Translations under genes and position numbers: made by a program
In this document: in pieces, positions 8,620 through 18,187 of the stretch
How positions within the stretch are numbered: the stretch's first letter is position 1
Layout of the letters: each line of letters begins with the position of its first letter
From: Verrucomicrobiia bacterium
GTDB lineage: Bacteria; Verrucomicrobiota; Verrucomicrobiia; JABWAM01
Direction: 5' to 3'
NCBI GenBank assembly: GCA_013360985.1
Contig: JABWAM010000002.1
Location: 1-36,488 of the forward strand
DNA: 36,488 bases
The notes under the pieces: generated by a model
Told to the model about the DNA's origin: nothing
Seen by the model: only the letters and a program-made list of their open reading frames with translations
Databases searched by the model: none

Positions 8620-10608
8620 ATGAAGTCAAGTGAAATACCTAAAGATTTTGATGTGATCGTGATCGGCGCAGGGCACGCCGGCATCGAAGCCGCCCTTGCC
8701 GCCGCGCGGATGGAGTGCCGCACGCTTCTGCTCACCATGGATCGAACGGCCATCGGAAAGATGAGCTGCAACCCCGCGATCGGCGGAATCGGCAAGGGTC
8801 ACTTGGTGCGCGAGATCGATGCGCTTGGAGGCGCGATGGGAATGGCTGCGGATCTCGCGGGCATTCAATTCCGAATGTTGAATCAGCGCAAAGGGCCGGC
8901 GGTCTGGGCGCCTCGCGCGCAATGCGACAAGCAGATCTATCAGGATCTCATGAGCACCCGATGCGCACGCCAACCCAACCTGCGCCTCCTTCAAGGTCAA
9001 GCGATCCGGCTAGACGTGCGCGGCGACCGCATTTGCGCGGTGCGGACCATCGAGGGACATCATCTCCCTTGCCGCTGCGTTGTCCTGACCACCGGTACCT
9101 TTCTCCGGGGCCTCATCCATATCGGCTCGGAAAAAAGCGCGGGCGGCCGTCGGGGAGAATCGGCAGCGTACGAATTGAGTCAATCGCTGGCGCAGTTGGG
9201 GTTCGAAATTCATCGGTTCAAAACCGGAACCCCGCCTCGCCTCAAAGCCTCCACGATCGCCTGGGATCAACTTCACCCACAGCCTGGGGATCACCCCCCT
9301 CCTCCCTTCAGCTTCTTTCATGAATCGGCCTACATGCAATGCCGTGAAGAGATTGCTGAAACATGGCCTCTTTTTGTGTATAACCCGGCGACCAAACCCT
9401 TTCCGTGGGGGAGTTTGCCGATGTTCCACGTGGAACAATTCTCTCAGACCGATCTTCAAAGAGGAGAACGATGGGTGCCTCCACTTCCTCAAGTTCCATG
9501 CTATTTGACGCAAACCTCGGAGCGAACCGCGGAAATCGTTCGCGCCAATCTCGATCGTTCTCCCCTTTATTCGGGACAGATCGCTTCACGCGGCCCGCGA
9601 TATTGTCCATCGCTTGAAGATAAGTACGTCAAGTTTCCCGACAAAACCACACATTCCATTTTTCTTGAACCTGAAGGGCTTGCGACAGACGAAGTCTATG
9701 TCAACGGATGCTCCACGAGTCTTCCTTTCGAAATTCAACAAAAACTGATTCATTCAATTCCTGGTCTAGAAGCTGCGGAAATTGTTCGCCCGGGCTATGC
9801 CATCGAATACGACTACCTCCCTCCGCTTCAGTTGCAGTCTTCTCTTGAAACGAAACGTATCGCGGGCCTGTTTTGTGCGGGCCAAATCAATGGAACGACC
9901 GGTTATGAAGAGGCCGCTGCTCAAGGTTTTGCTGCAGGAGTAAATGCCGCTCTTCGGATCCACAGTCGGCCACCGCAGCTTCACGCGCGTTCGGAATCGT
10001 ATCTCGGCGTTCTCTTGGATGATCTTGTCACCAAAGGAACCAACGAACCTTATCGCATGTTCACTTCGCGCGCGGAATTTCGTCTCCTCTTGCGTCAAGA
10101 TAACGCGGATACACGCCTCACTCCTCTCGGCTATCGGCTAGGATTAGTTTCTCGCGCGCGTTTCGCGGCTCTCCAGGACAAAAACACGCGGCTTCACCAG
10201 CTTCGCGATCAGCTTCGAACGACACGCTGCGAAGGCGCAAGTTTGGAGCACTGGTTGAAACGACATGATGCCTCGTTCGACGCATTGACTCGCCGTTTTG
10301 GCGATCGTCTTCCTCCAATTCCCTTCGATCTCCGCGCTGCTCTTGAAATGGATCTCAAATATGAAAACTATGTGCAACGCGAGCTCGCACAGGTTGAACG
10401 TCTTCGTCGTGAAGAAGATCAAGAGATTCCCGAGCATCTCGATTTTCGAACAATGAAAGGATTGCGCCGTGAAACACAAGAAAAACTTCATGCAGTCCAA
10501 CCAAAAACTCTTGGTCAGGCGCGTCGAATTCCTGGAGTGACTCCGGCAGATCTCAGTCTTTTGCTTGTACTTATTAAAAAATCAAGCTTTTTATCTAAAC
10601 AAGCATGA
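8620..10608 (+). CDS. mnmG: tRNA uridine 5-carboxymethylaminomethyl modification enzyme MnmG (GidA)
   Basis: DVIVIGAGHAGIEAALAAARM (FAD fold), MSCNPAIGGIGKGHLVREIDALGG, FKTGTPPRL, GPRYCPSLEDK, GLFCAGQINGTTGYEEAAAQG and TSRAEFRLLLRQDNAD are all present. The protein is full length (662 aa) and carries an internal insertion (see findings). Confidence 0.95.
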   Translation: MKSSEIPKDFDVIVIGAGHAGIEAALAAARMECRTLLLTMDRTAIGKMSCNPAIGGIGKGHLVREIDALGGAMGMAADLAGIQFRMLNQRKGPAVWAPRAQCDKQIYQDLMSTRCARQPNLRLLQGQAIRLDVRGDRICAVRTIEGHHLPCRCVVLTTGTFLRGLIHIGSEKSAGGRRGESAAYELSQSLAQLGFEIHRFKTGTPPRLKASTIAWDQLHPQPGDHPPPPFSFFHESAYMQCREEIAETWPLFVYNPATKPFPWGSLPMFHVEQFSQTDLQRGERWVPPLPQVPCYLTQTSERTAEIVRANLDRSPLYSGQIASRGPRYCPSLEDKYVKFPDKTTHSIFLEPEGLATDEVYVNGCSTSLPFEIQQKLIHSIPGLEAAEIVRPGYAIEYDYLPPLQLQSSLETKRIAGLFCAGQINGTTGYEEAAAQGFAAGVNAALRIHSRPPQLHARSESYLGVLLDDLVTKGTNEPYRMFTSRAEFRLLLRQDNADTRLTPLGYRLGLVSRARFAALQDKNTRLHQLRDQLRTTRCEGASLEHWLKRHDASFDALTRRFGDRLPPIPFDLRAALEMDLKYENYVQRELAQVERLRREEDQEIPEHLDFRTMKGLRRETQEKLHAVQPKTLGQARRIPGVTPADLSLLLVLIKKSSFLSKQA

Positions 10609-10840
10609 GCGCGGACGGACCGCGCGTCGCGAGATCGGGCCACGGCCGCAATCCCTTGAGCGCTTTCGAGGCTGACGGCGTCATCGCAGCGGCGGAACCC
10701 CAAAATCTGGCGAAGACCACGCGCGCTCCTCGACGAAGGATGGGCGTCCGCACTTTTTCCGCAAGATTGGGATGAGCCTTCCCGCATTGACGCATTTCAT
10801 CTGAATCGCCAATCTGCGCGTTCAAAATTCACGTTCCTCT

Positions 10841-13540
10841 ATGGCCTCTCCTTCTCTCGCGCCCACCCGCGCCACGCTCACGCTCTCCGACGGTTCTTCA
10901 CGCGTCTATTTTTCGCTGCCGGCGCTTGCGGCGGCCGGCCATCCTCGACTCGCGCGTCTGCCGGTCTCGATTCGCCTCGTGCTCGAGTCCCTTCTGCGCA
11001 ACTGCGACGGCAAACGCGTCAGCGCGCGCGATGTCCATGCGCTCGCCTCCTGGCAACCGCGCGGAAAACGCGCGGAAGAAATTCCGTTCGTCGTCGCCCG
11101 GATCGTGCTTCAGGATTTTACGGGCGTGCCGCTCCTCGTGGATCTCGCCGCGATGCGCGCCGCGGTCGCGCGCGCGAAACGTGACCCGAAACTCATCGAG
11201 CCGCTGGTGCCGGTGGATCTCGTAGTGGATCACTCGGTTCAGGTGGATTACGCGGGGATCGCCGACGCCTACGCGAAGAATCTCGCGTTGGAATTCCAGC
11301 GCAACCGCGAACGCTATCAGTTCCTCAAGTGGGGCATGCAGGCGTTTCGCACGTTCAAGGTCGTGCCGCCCGGCATCGGCATCATTCATCAGGTGAACCT
11401 CGAACATCTCGCGCATGGCGTGATCGAAGCCGACGGCGTCCTTTTTCCCGACACGCTCGTCGGCACCGATTCGCATACGACGATGATCAACGGCCTGGGC
11501 ATTGTGGGGTGGGGGGTGGGCGGCATCGAAGCGGAGGCGGGGATGCTCGGCCAGCCCGTCTATTTCCTCACGCCGGACGTCGTCGGAGTGCATCTCACCG
11601 GCGCGCTCCGCGAAGGGGTGACGGCCACCGACCTTGCGCTCACGGTCACGCAACTCCTCCGCAAGGAGAAAGTCGTCGGCAAGTTCGTCGAGTTCTACGG
11701 TCCTGGCGCCGAGGCGCTTCCGCTCACTGACCGCGCGACGATCGCGAACATGGCGCCCGAATACGGGGCGACGATGGGCTTTTTTCCCGTGGACGCCGAA
11801 TGCGTGCGCTATCTTCGCGGCACGGGACGCTCCGAAGCCCACTGCGCGCTTTACGAAGCGTATTACCGAGCGCAAGGGCTCTTCGGAATCCCGCGCAAAG
11901 GCGAGGTGGATTACTCGACCGACGTCGAACTCGATCTCGGCACGATCGCCCCCTCGGTCGCCGGCCCCAAGCGTCCGCAAGATCGCATCGAGCTTCCGCA
12001 ACTGAAGCGCGCCTTTGCCGAGCTGCTCCGGAAATCCGCCGCCGAAAGCGGTTACGGCAAGAACGCCTCCGATCTCGCGACAAAGGTCGCCGTGGAGCGC
12101 GACGGCCGTCGCGTCGAACTCGCGCACGGGAGCGTGCTCATCGCCGCGATCACGAGCTGCACGAACACAAGCAATCCTTCCGTCATGCTCGCGGCGGGCC
12201 TCCTCGCCAAGAAAGCGGTCGAACGCGGCCTGCGCGTCAATCCGACGGTCAAGGCTTCGCTCGCGCCCGGGTCGCGCGTCGTCAGCGAGTATCTCGCGGC
12301 GACTGGGCTTCAACCTTATCTCGATCGCCTCGGCTTCAACCTCGTCGGCTACGGCTGCACGACCTGCATCGGCAACTCGGGCCCGCTCGATCCCGCGATC
12401 GAGGAGGCGGTCGCAAAAAACGATCTTGTCGCGGCGGCCGTCCTCTCGGGCAACCGCAACTTCGAGGCGCGCATCCACGCGGCGATCAAGGCCAACTTCC
12501 TCATGTCGCCGCCGCTCGTGGTCGCTTACGCCCTCGCGGGACGCATCGACCTCGACTTCGCCCGCGACCCGATCGGCAGAGACGGGCAGGGGAGGGAGGT
12601 CTTCCTTCGCGACCTCTGGCCGACGAGCGCCGAGATCCGCGACCTGATCGCCGCCGCGCTCAAGCCCAACGTCTTTCAGAAACTCTACCGCGATTTCGTC
12701 GCGCAAAACCCCGCCTGGAACGAGGTGCCCGCCCCAAAGGGCGATGTCTACGCGTGGGACGCCGCTTCCACCTACATCCAAGAGCCGCCCTTCTTCGAGG
12801 AATTTACCCCGACGCCGGGCAAAATCTCACCGGTCCTCAGCGCGCGACCGCTCGCCCTCTTTGGCGACTCGGTAACGACCGACCACATCTCGCCCGCGGG
12901 CAGCATCAAAAAAACCTCGCCGGCCGGCCGTTACCTCATCGAACGCGGCGTCAAGATCGAAGACTTCAATAGCTACGGCGCGCGCCGCGGCAACGACCGG
13001 ATCATGACGCGCGGCACGTTCGCCAATGTCCGAATCCAGAACCTCATGGCGCCCGGCACGGAAGGCGGCGTCACTCGCCTCATGCCCGAAGGAGATCTCC
13101 TGCCGATCTTCGACGCCGCCGCAAAATATCGCGAGCGCGCCGTGCCTCTTATCGTCTTCGCCGGCCACGAATACGGCACCGGCAGCTCGCGCGACTGGGC
13201 CGCGAAAGGGACGCGCCTCCTCGGCGTGCGCGCGGTCGTCGCCCGCAGCTTCGAGCGGATTCACCGCTCCAACCTCGTCGGAATGGGCGTGCTTCCGCTC
13301 CAGTTTCCCGACGACGTCACCGTCCAATCCCTCGGAATCGACGGATCGGAGACCTTCGATCTCCCTGATCTCGGCGACGCCATCCAACCGATGCAGGAAA
13401 CGCGACTCGTCATCCGCCGCGCGAGCGGCGCCGTGGACTCCGTGACGCTCCGCCTTCGGATCGACACCCCGATCGAAGTAGATTATTACCGCCACGGAGG
13501 CATCCTCCCGTTCGTCCTCCGCCAAATTCTCGCGCGCTGA
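10841..13540 (+). CDS. acnA: Aconitate hydratase A
   Basis: 899 aa. Contains [81 protein letters not shown]-like [11 protein letters not shown] and the swivel-domain segment [12 protein letters not shown]. Confidence 0.95.
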   Translation: MASPSLAPTRATLTLSDGSSRVYFSLPALAAAGHPRLARLPVSIRLVLESLLRNCDGKRVSARDVHALASWQPRGKRAEEIPFVVARIVLQDFTGVPLLVDLAAMRAAVARAKRDPKLIEPLVPVDLVVDHSVQVDYAGIADAYAKNLALEFQRNRERYQFLKWGMQAFRTFKVVPPGIGIIHQVNLEHLAHGVIEADGVLFPDTLVGTDSHTTMINGLGIVGWGVGGIEAEAGMLGQPVYFLTPDVVGVHLTGALREGVTATDLALTVTQLLRKEKVVGKFVEFYGPGAEALPLTDRATIANMAPEYGATMGFFPVDAECVRYLRGTGRSEAHCALYEAYYRAQGLFGIPRKGEVDYSTDVELDLGTIAPSVAGPKRPQDRIELPQLKRAFAELLRKSAAESGYGKNASDLATKVAVERDGRRVELAHGSVLIAAITSCTNTSNPSVMLAAGLLAKKAVERGLRVNPTVKASLAPGSRVVSEYLAATGLQPYLDRLGFNLVGYGCTTCIGNSGPLDPAIEEAVAKNDLVAAAVLSGNRNFEARIHAAIKANFLMSPPLVVAYALAGRIDLDFARDPIGRDGQGREVFLRDLWPTSAEIRDLIAAALKPNVFQKLYRDFVAQNPAWNEVPAPKGDVYAWDAASTYIQEPPFFEEFTPTPGKISPVLSARPLALFGDSVTTDHISPAGSIKKTSPAGRYLIERGVKIEDFNSYGARRGNDRIMTRGTFANVRIQNLMAPGTEGGVTRLMPEGDLLPIFDAAAKYRERAVPLIVFAGHEYGTGSSRDWAAKGTRLLGVRAVVARSFERIHRSNLVGMGVLPLQFPDDVTVQSLGIDGSETFDLPDLGDAIQPMQETRLVIRRASGAVDSVTLRLRIDTPIEVDYYRHGGILPFVLRQILAR

Positions 13541-13685
13541 TCCACCGGTCGACCGACGATGAGTCGCGCCGTCGCGCCCAAAATCCCGGCAACTCCCGAG
13601 ATTTGCGCTGGACGCCGCCCGAGCCGTCGGAAGAAAGTTGGCGCGCACTCGGATCCGGAAACGCCATCGGCCCCGCGTCGCATTC

Positions 13686-14318
13686 ATGCTTAAAGAATTC
13701 CTGCACGAGGGGGTGATGTTGTGGGCGGTGATCGACCCGATCGGAGCGATCCCGATTTTCCTGGCGGTGACTTCGCATCTCACCGCCGCACAACGGCGCA
13801 CGGTGGCCGTGCGCGCCTGCGTTCTCGCCGCCGCCATCCTTCTGGGCTTTATCCTCTTCGGGCAGATCCTGCTCGAGATGCTGGAGATCCGCATGGCCAG
13901 CTTTCAAATCGCCGGCGGCTTGATCCTCTTCCTCTTCGGAGTGCTCATGATCTTCGAAAAAGGCGACGGCCAGACGTGGGGAATCCCGGAAGACTATCGC
14001 CATCTGGCGGTTTTCCCTCTGGCGGTTCCCTCGCTGGCCGGGCCGGCCACCATGATGGCCGTGGTCGTGGTGACGGACGACAATCGTTTCGCCTACGCGC
14101 ATCAGGCCATGACCATGCTGATCACCCTGGGCATCCTGGCCGCGACCTGCGGACTCCTCATCCTGGCGGAACCCATCCGCCGACTGATCGGCATCGGAGG
14201 CGCCCAGGTTCTCAGCCGCGTGATGGGGCTGATCCTCGCGGCTCTGGCGGTGGAGACGGTGATTGGCGCGGTTTTTCTGCTCATCGCCGGCGGCGTTCCG
14301 CCTCCTCCCCTCCCGTAA
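13686..14318 (+). CDS. MarC family (UPF0056) integral membrane protein
   Basis: The ATG at 13686 gives MLKEFLHEGVMLWAVIDPIGAIPIFLAVT.... The protein has multiple TM helices, and the segments IDPIG..PIF and LSRVMGLILAALAVE are typical of MarC/YhgN proteins. Confidence 0.8.
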   Translation: MLKEFLHEGVMLWAVIDPIGAIPIFLAVTSHLTAAQRRTVAVRACVLAAAILLGFILFGQILLEMLEIRMASFQIAGGLILFLFGVLMIFEKGDGQTWGIPEDYRHLAVFPLAVPSLAGPATMMAVVVVTDDNRFAYAHQAMTMLITLGILAATCGLLILAEPIRRLIGIGGAQVLSRVMGLILAALAVETVIGAVFLLIAGGVPPPPLP

Positions 14319-14411
14319 ATTCCGCAGCGCCTCCGCGCCGGCGAGATGGGACGCGACGGAGCTTTTCCGCGCTCGACACCCACAGGGCGATCTCCGAAGC
14401 TTCGGTTGCGC

Positions 14412-15197
14412 ATGGACGTCGTCATCCAACCCACGGCCGAAGCCGCTTATCGTCTCGTCGCGCGCGTGCTCGCCGCGGATCTCCGCCGCAAACCTCAACT
14501 CGTGCTCGGTCTCGCCACAGGAAGCACGATGGAGGGAGTCTATCGCGAACTGGTCCGCATGCATCGCGAGGAGAAACTCGATTTTTCCCTCTGCCGCACG
14601 TTCAACCTCGACGAATACATCGGCTTGCCGCCGACGCATCCGAACTCTTACCGCCGCTTCATGCGGGAGCGCCTCTTCAACCTCGTCAACCTCGATCCGC
14701 GCAACACCCATTTACCCGACGGAATGGCCGCCGATCTGAACGCCGAATGCGCCCGGTACGAAGCGTTGATCCGCGACGCGGGCGGCATTGATCTCCAGCT
14801 CCTCGGCATCGGTCGGGTGGGACATATCGGATTCAACGAACCGCTCTCCGCCTTTCGCTCCCGCACCCGGGTCAAGGCGCTCTCGCCAACAACGATCGCC
14901 CAGAACCGCTCCCAATTCGCCGATCCGTCCAAAATGCCGCGCCGCGCGATCACGATGGGGGTGGGCACCATCCTCGACACGGCGCGCTGCATCCTTCTCG
15001 CCACCGGCGCGGCGAAGGCCGGGATCGTCGCGCGCGCCGTCGAAGGGCCCATCACCGGCATGGTCTCCGCCACGGCGCTCCAGCTCCATCCGCGCTGTCA
15101 CGTGGTCGTGGACAAGGCGGCCGCCGCCCGGCTCAAGGGACGCGACTACTATCGCTGGACCTTTGAAAACGAGCCGGAGTGGGAACCTTTCCGGTAG
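14412..15197 (+). CDS. nagB: Glucosamine-6-phosphate deaminase
   Basis: The ATG at 14412 gives MDVVIQPT.... Contains LGLATGSTMEGVY, FNLDEYIGL, DLQLLGIGRVGHIGFNEP, AITMGVGTIL and SATALQLHP. Confidence 0.85.
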   Translation: MDVVIQPTAEAAYRLVARVLAADLRRKPQLVLGLATGSTMEGVYRELVRMHREEKLDFSLCRTFNLDEYIGLPPTHPNSYRRFMRERLFNLVNLDPRNTHLPDGMAADLNAECARYEALIRDAGGIDLQLLGIGRVGHIGFNEPLSAFRSRTRVKALSPTTIAQNRSQFADPSKMPRRAITMGVGTILDTARCILLATGAAKAGIVARAVEGPITGMVSATALQLHPRCHVVVDKAAAARLKGRDYYRWTFENEPEWEPFR

Positions 15198-15319
15198 CTC
15201 CCGCCGCGGCCGCTCTCCGTCGGGGAAGGCCGCCTCCAAACCCGGCCGCCGCGCGACCTGCGACCCGTTCCGTTCTGGAACCTGCCGCGCGCGCGCGGTA
15301 GCCTTGCGCCTCCTTCTTT

Positions 15320-16420
15320 ATGCGCGTGCTCATCGTCCGCCTCTCGGCGCTCGGCGACGTGATCCAGGGCCTCCCATGCCTCGTCGCGTTGAAGGAAAGC
15401 TTTCCCGACTGGCGCATCTCATGGCTGACGGAAACCCCGAACGCCGCGCTCCTCGACGGCCATCCGCATCTCGACCGCCTCTTTCTCCTCGACCGCGGCT
15501 GGCGGCGCGACGGCGCTCCATTCCATCTCGCCAACCTCAGCCGCGGCGGCGCCAACGCATTCGCCGTCTGGAACGCGCTGCGCCGCGCGCGCTTCGATGT
15601 AGCCATCGATCTCCAGGGGCTGTTCAAAAGCGGTTTCTGGACGTTCCTCAGCGGCGCCCCGCGCCGCCTCGGCCACGGCGGGACGCGCGAATGCGCCGAT
15701 CGTTTCCTCACGGAGATCGTGTCGCGCCGGCCAACCTTCGATCCCGCCTATCCGCTCATCGAACGCTACCTCGATCCGGCGCGCCACCTCGGCGCCGATC
15801 CGTCGAAGGCCCGCTACGTCCTTCCTCCTCCGACGGCGGTCGCCCTCGCCGAAGCGGACCGCCTCCTCGGCCCGCGGCCTTCGCCGCAGCCTCTGGTCGG
15901 CCTCTTTCCCTGGAGCGCGTGGCCCAGCAAAAACTGGCCCCTCCCTCATTGGCGCGCGCTCGCGGCGGCGCTTGCGCGCGAGGCGCGCGTGCTGATCCTC
16001 GGCGGCGCGGAAAATGCCGCGGACGCCGCGGCGGCCTTCTCCGACACGGAGGGCGCGGAAGACCTCGTCGGGCGCACCCCTCTGCCGGTGCTCGCGGAAC
16101 TCCTGCGTCGATGCCGTCTGGTGATCGGCCCGGACAGCGGCCCGCTCCATCTCGCCAACGCGACCAACGCCCCGAAAGTCCTCATGCTCTTCGGCGCAAC
16201 GTCGCGTCGCCGATCGGGCCCATGGGGGGCCGGCCATCGCGCGCTCGCGCGCGATCTCGACTGTCAACCCTGTTTCAAGCGCATCTGCCCGTTGGGCCAC
16301 TTCGCCTGCCTCCGCGAACTCGCGCCCGAGAGAGTACTCGACATGGCGCGAGAAATGCTCTCCGAATCGCCGAAAAGATCGTCCCTCCGCCCTTCATTTC
16401 CGCCGAAAACCTCCTCATGA
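15320..16420 (+). CDS. Glycosyltransferase family 9 (LPS heptosyltransferase-like)
   Basis: MRVLIVRLSALGDVIQGLPCLVALKESFPDWRISWL is the typical GT9 N-terminus. The segment ...LIGPDSGPLHLANA is a GT9 C-terminal motif. Confidence 0.8.
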   Translation: MRVLIVRLSALGDVIQGLPCLVALKESFPDWRISWLTETPNAALLDGHPHLDRLFLLDRGWRRDGAPFHLANLSRGGANAFAVWNALRRARFDVAIDLQGLFKSGFWTFLSGAPRRLGHGGTRECADRFLTEIVSRRPTFDPAYPLIERYLDPARHLGADPSKARYVLPPPTAVALAEADRLLGPRPSPQPLVGLFPWSAWPSKNWPLPHWRALAAALAREARVLILGGAENAADAAAAFSDTEGAEDLVGRTPLPVLAELLRRCRLVIGPDSGPLHLANATNAPKVLMLFGATSRRRSGPWGAGHRALARDLDCQPCFKRICPLGHFACLRELAPERVLDMAREMLSESPKRSSLRPSFPPKTSS

Positions 16421-17604
16421 ATTCCCGCGAACGCGTCGCCGCCGCCATGCGGCATGAACCGGTGGATCGAACGCCCGTGATGTGCCAGCTCGCGCTCGGC
16501 CATTATTTTCTCCATGCCGGACGCGAACCCGCGGAGATCTGGTTCGACAGCGACGTCTTCGCCGCGACGCTCGTGGAGTTCCAGCGGCGCTATCGGTTCG
16601 ACGGCCTGCTCCTCAATCTTCCCGGCCGTCCCCCCAATTGGCGCGAGCAAATCGCGGACGCGCGACCCGATGGAGACGGCCGTCGCCTGCGATGGAGGAA
16701 CGGCTTCATCACGCGAATCCCGCCCGACGACAATGCGCAGACCTTCAGTCCGGACGACGCCCCCTTGCCTCGAGCGTCCCTCGCGACAGTGAACCCCGAC
16801 GATCCCGCGACCTGGCGGATCCCCGGCTACGTGTGGAACACCTGGCATGCGCCGACGTTGTGGGACATCCCCGAAACCGCCGATCTCGCGGATCCCGCCG
16901 CCTATCCCGAGTGGTTCACGCTCGGCCTGCGAACCGCGCGCGCCCTTGCGCCGGATGCGTCCGTGCATGTCGAGGTCTTCTCCCCGTTTACCCACCTCAT
17001 GGAACTCTTCTCGTACGAAGAGGCCTTGATCGCCTTGGTGGACGATCCGAACACGTGCCGCCTTCTGCTCGACCGCCTCACGCCGATCGTCGTTGCCCAG
17101 GTGCGCCGGCTCGCGCCCTGTTCGCCCGACGCCGTGCTCATCAGTTCGGCCTTCGCCGGCGCCGGGTTCATCAGCCGCGCGATGTATCGCGACTTCGTGC
17201 TCCCCTATGAACAGCGCGTCGTCCAGGCGATCCATGAATTTCGTCTTCCCGCCTACACCCACACCTGCGGCGCGATCGGCGATCGCCTTGATCTTATGGA
17301 AGCGACGGGGGTGGATGGTCTCGATACGCTCGATCCGCCGCCGCTCGGCACCGTCAATCTCGCAGACGCCAAAGCGCAATACGGCCGCCGCCTCTTCTTC
17401 AAAGGAAACCTGGACGCCGTCAACGAAATGCTGCGCGCCGATCCTGCAACCTTCGAGCGCGCCGTGCGGCAGCGTCTCGACGTCGGCAGTCCCGGTTCAG
17501 GATATCTTCTTTCTTCCGCCTGTTCGGTCGCGCCGCGCGTCGCGCCCGAACGTCTGAAAGCCATGGTGGCGCTGTCGGAAGCTCACGGACCGTCGGCGAC
17601 ATGA
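16417..17604 (+). CDS. Uroporphyrinogen decarboxylase (URO-D) superfamily protein, MT2/MtaA-like rather than HemE
   Basis: The ATG at 16417 overlaps the GT9 stop (ATGA). MNSRERVAAAMRHEPVDRTPV is a URO-D family N-terminus, but the HemE motif PxWxMRQAGR is absent. YTHTCGAIGD followed by ...SSACSV about 85 residues later fits an H-x-C-xn-C zinc motif. The upstream 543 codons of the track ORF are junk. Confidence 0.7.
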   Translation: MNSRERVAAAMRHEPVDRTPVMCQLALGHYFLHAGREPAEIWFDSDVFAATLVEFQRRYRFDGLLLNLPGRPPNWREQIADARPDGDGRRLRWRNGFITRIPPDDNAQTFSPDDAPLPRASLATVNPDDPATWRIPGYVWNTWHAPTLWDIPETADLADPAAYPEWFTLGLRTARALAPDASVHVEVFSPFTHLMELFSYEEALIALVDDPNTCRLLLDRLTPIVVAQVRRLAPCSPDAVLISSAFAGAGFISRAMYRDFVLPYEQRVVQAIHEFRLPAYTHTCGAIGDRLDLMEATGVDGLDTLDPPPLGTVNLADAKAQYGRRLFFKGNLDAVNEMLRADPATFERAVRQRLDVGSPGSGYLLSSACSVAPRVAPERLKAMVALSEAHGPSAT

Positions 17605-18187
17605 ACGGCTTTTTTCGTCTGAGAGCCTGTGAGAAACATGTGAATAACCTCTCTTTGCGTTTCCCTCTCGGGGAGTCGTCTCAACCCATTGATTCGGAGC
17701 GCTTTACCTCGCCTCGTTTTACCGCTGCTTGGTTGCCGCTCCACTTGCGTCTCCCGAGAAGCTCTACGCTGATCTAAATCCTTTTATCCCAAGAGGTTAC
17801 ATTGAAATCTCATGCCCGCTTCCGCAGAGACCGCGCCATCCGTCTACATCAATAAAATTCGTGTCCGGAACTGGAGGCTGCCCTTGTGCGCGCCACGCGC
17901 CATCCGAACCAAAGGGTTTGAAGCTGTGAATAACTTGCCGCTTCCGAACAAGCGCGCGGACTGCCTGCCGGTGGAATGTGAACAGCCTCCAAACGGATTG
18001 TTTTGTGAAAAAGAGGCCGCGAAATTTCGGAGTTTATCCAAGGGTATTCCCCGTATCGGCGCCGCCCAACCGGTTGTCAAAAGGACATTTACGAATCTTG
18101 TTGTCAATCTTCACAACCCTGAATAGGATGACGAATTTAAATACCAAAGGACCTCTTCTTCCGGTCTTCTGAATAAACCCTGCTTCA
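17605..18187. promoter_or_regulatory. Low-GC non-coding spacer with clustered DnaA-box-like 9-mers upstream of dnaN (candidate oriC or DnaA-controlled dnaN promoter)
   Basis: TGTGAATAA occurs at 17639-17647 and 17925-17933, and TGTGAAAAA at 18004-18012. All three match TGTGNAWAA, the complement of TTWTNCACA, and all are on the same strand. Weaker matches are TGTGAGAAA at 17628, TTATCCCAA at 17784, TTATCCAAG at 18034 and ATCTTCACA at 18107. AT-rich patches occur at 17848-17860 and 18133-18145. Confidence 0.4.

Noticed and set aside
10787-10815. TTGACG-17 nt-CAATCT as a possible acnA promoter.
   Set aside because: The -10 element matches TATAAT at only 3 of 6 positions. I have no independent support, so it is too weak to list as a feature.
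17812-18126. 104-aa ORF, and overlapping 66-87-aa ORFs, in the spacer upstream of dnaN.
   Set aside because: No motifs are present. Composition and codon usage are unlike neighbouring genes. Several mutually exclusive ORFs overlap there. The region is better explained as non-coding regulatory or origin DNA.
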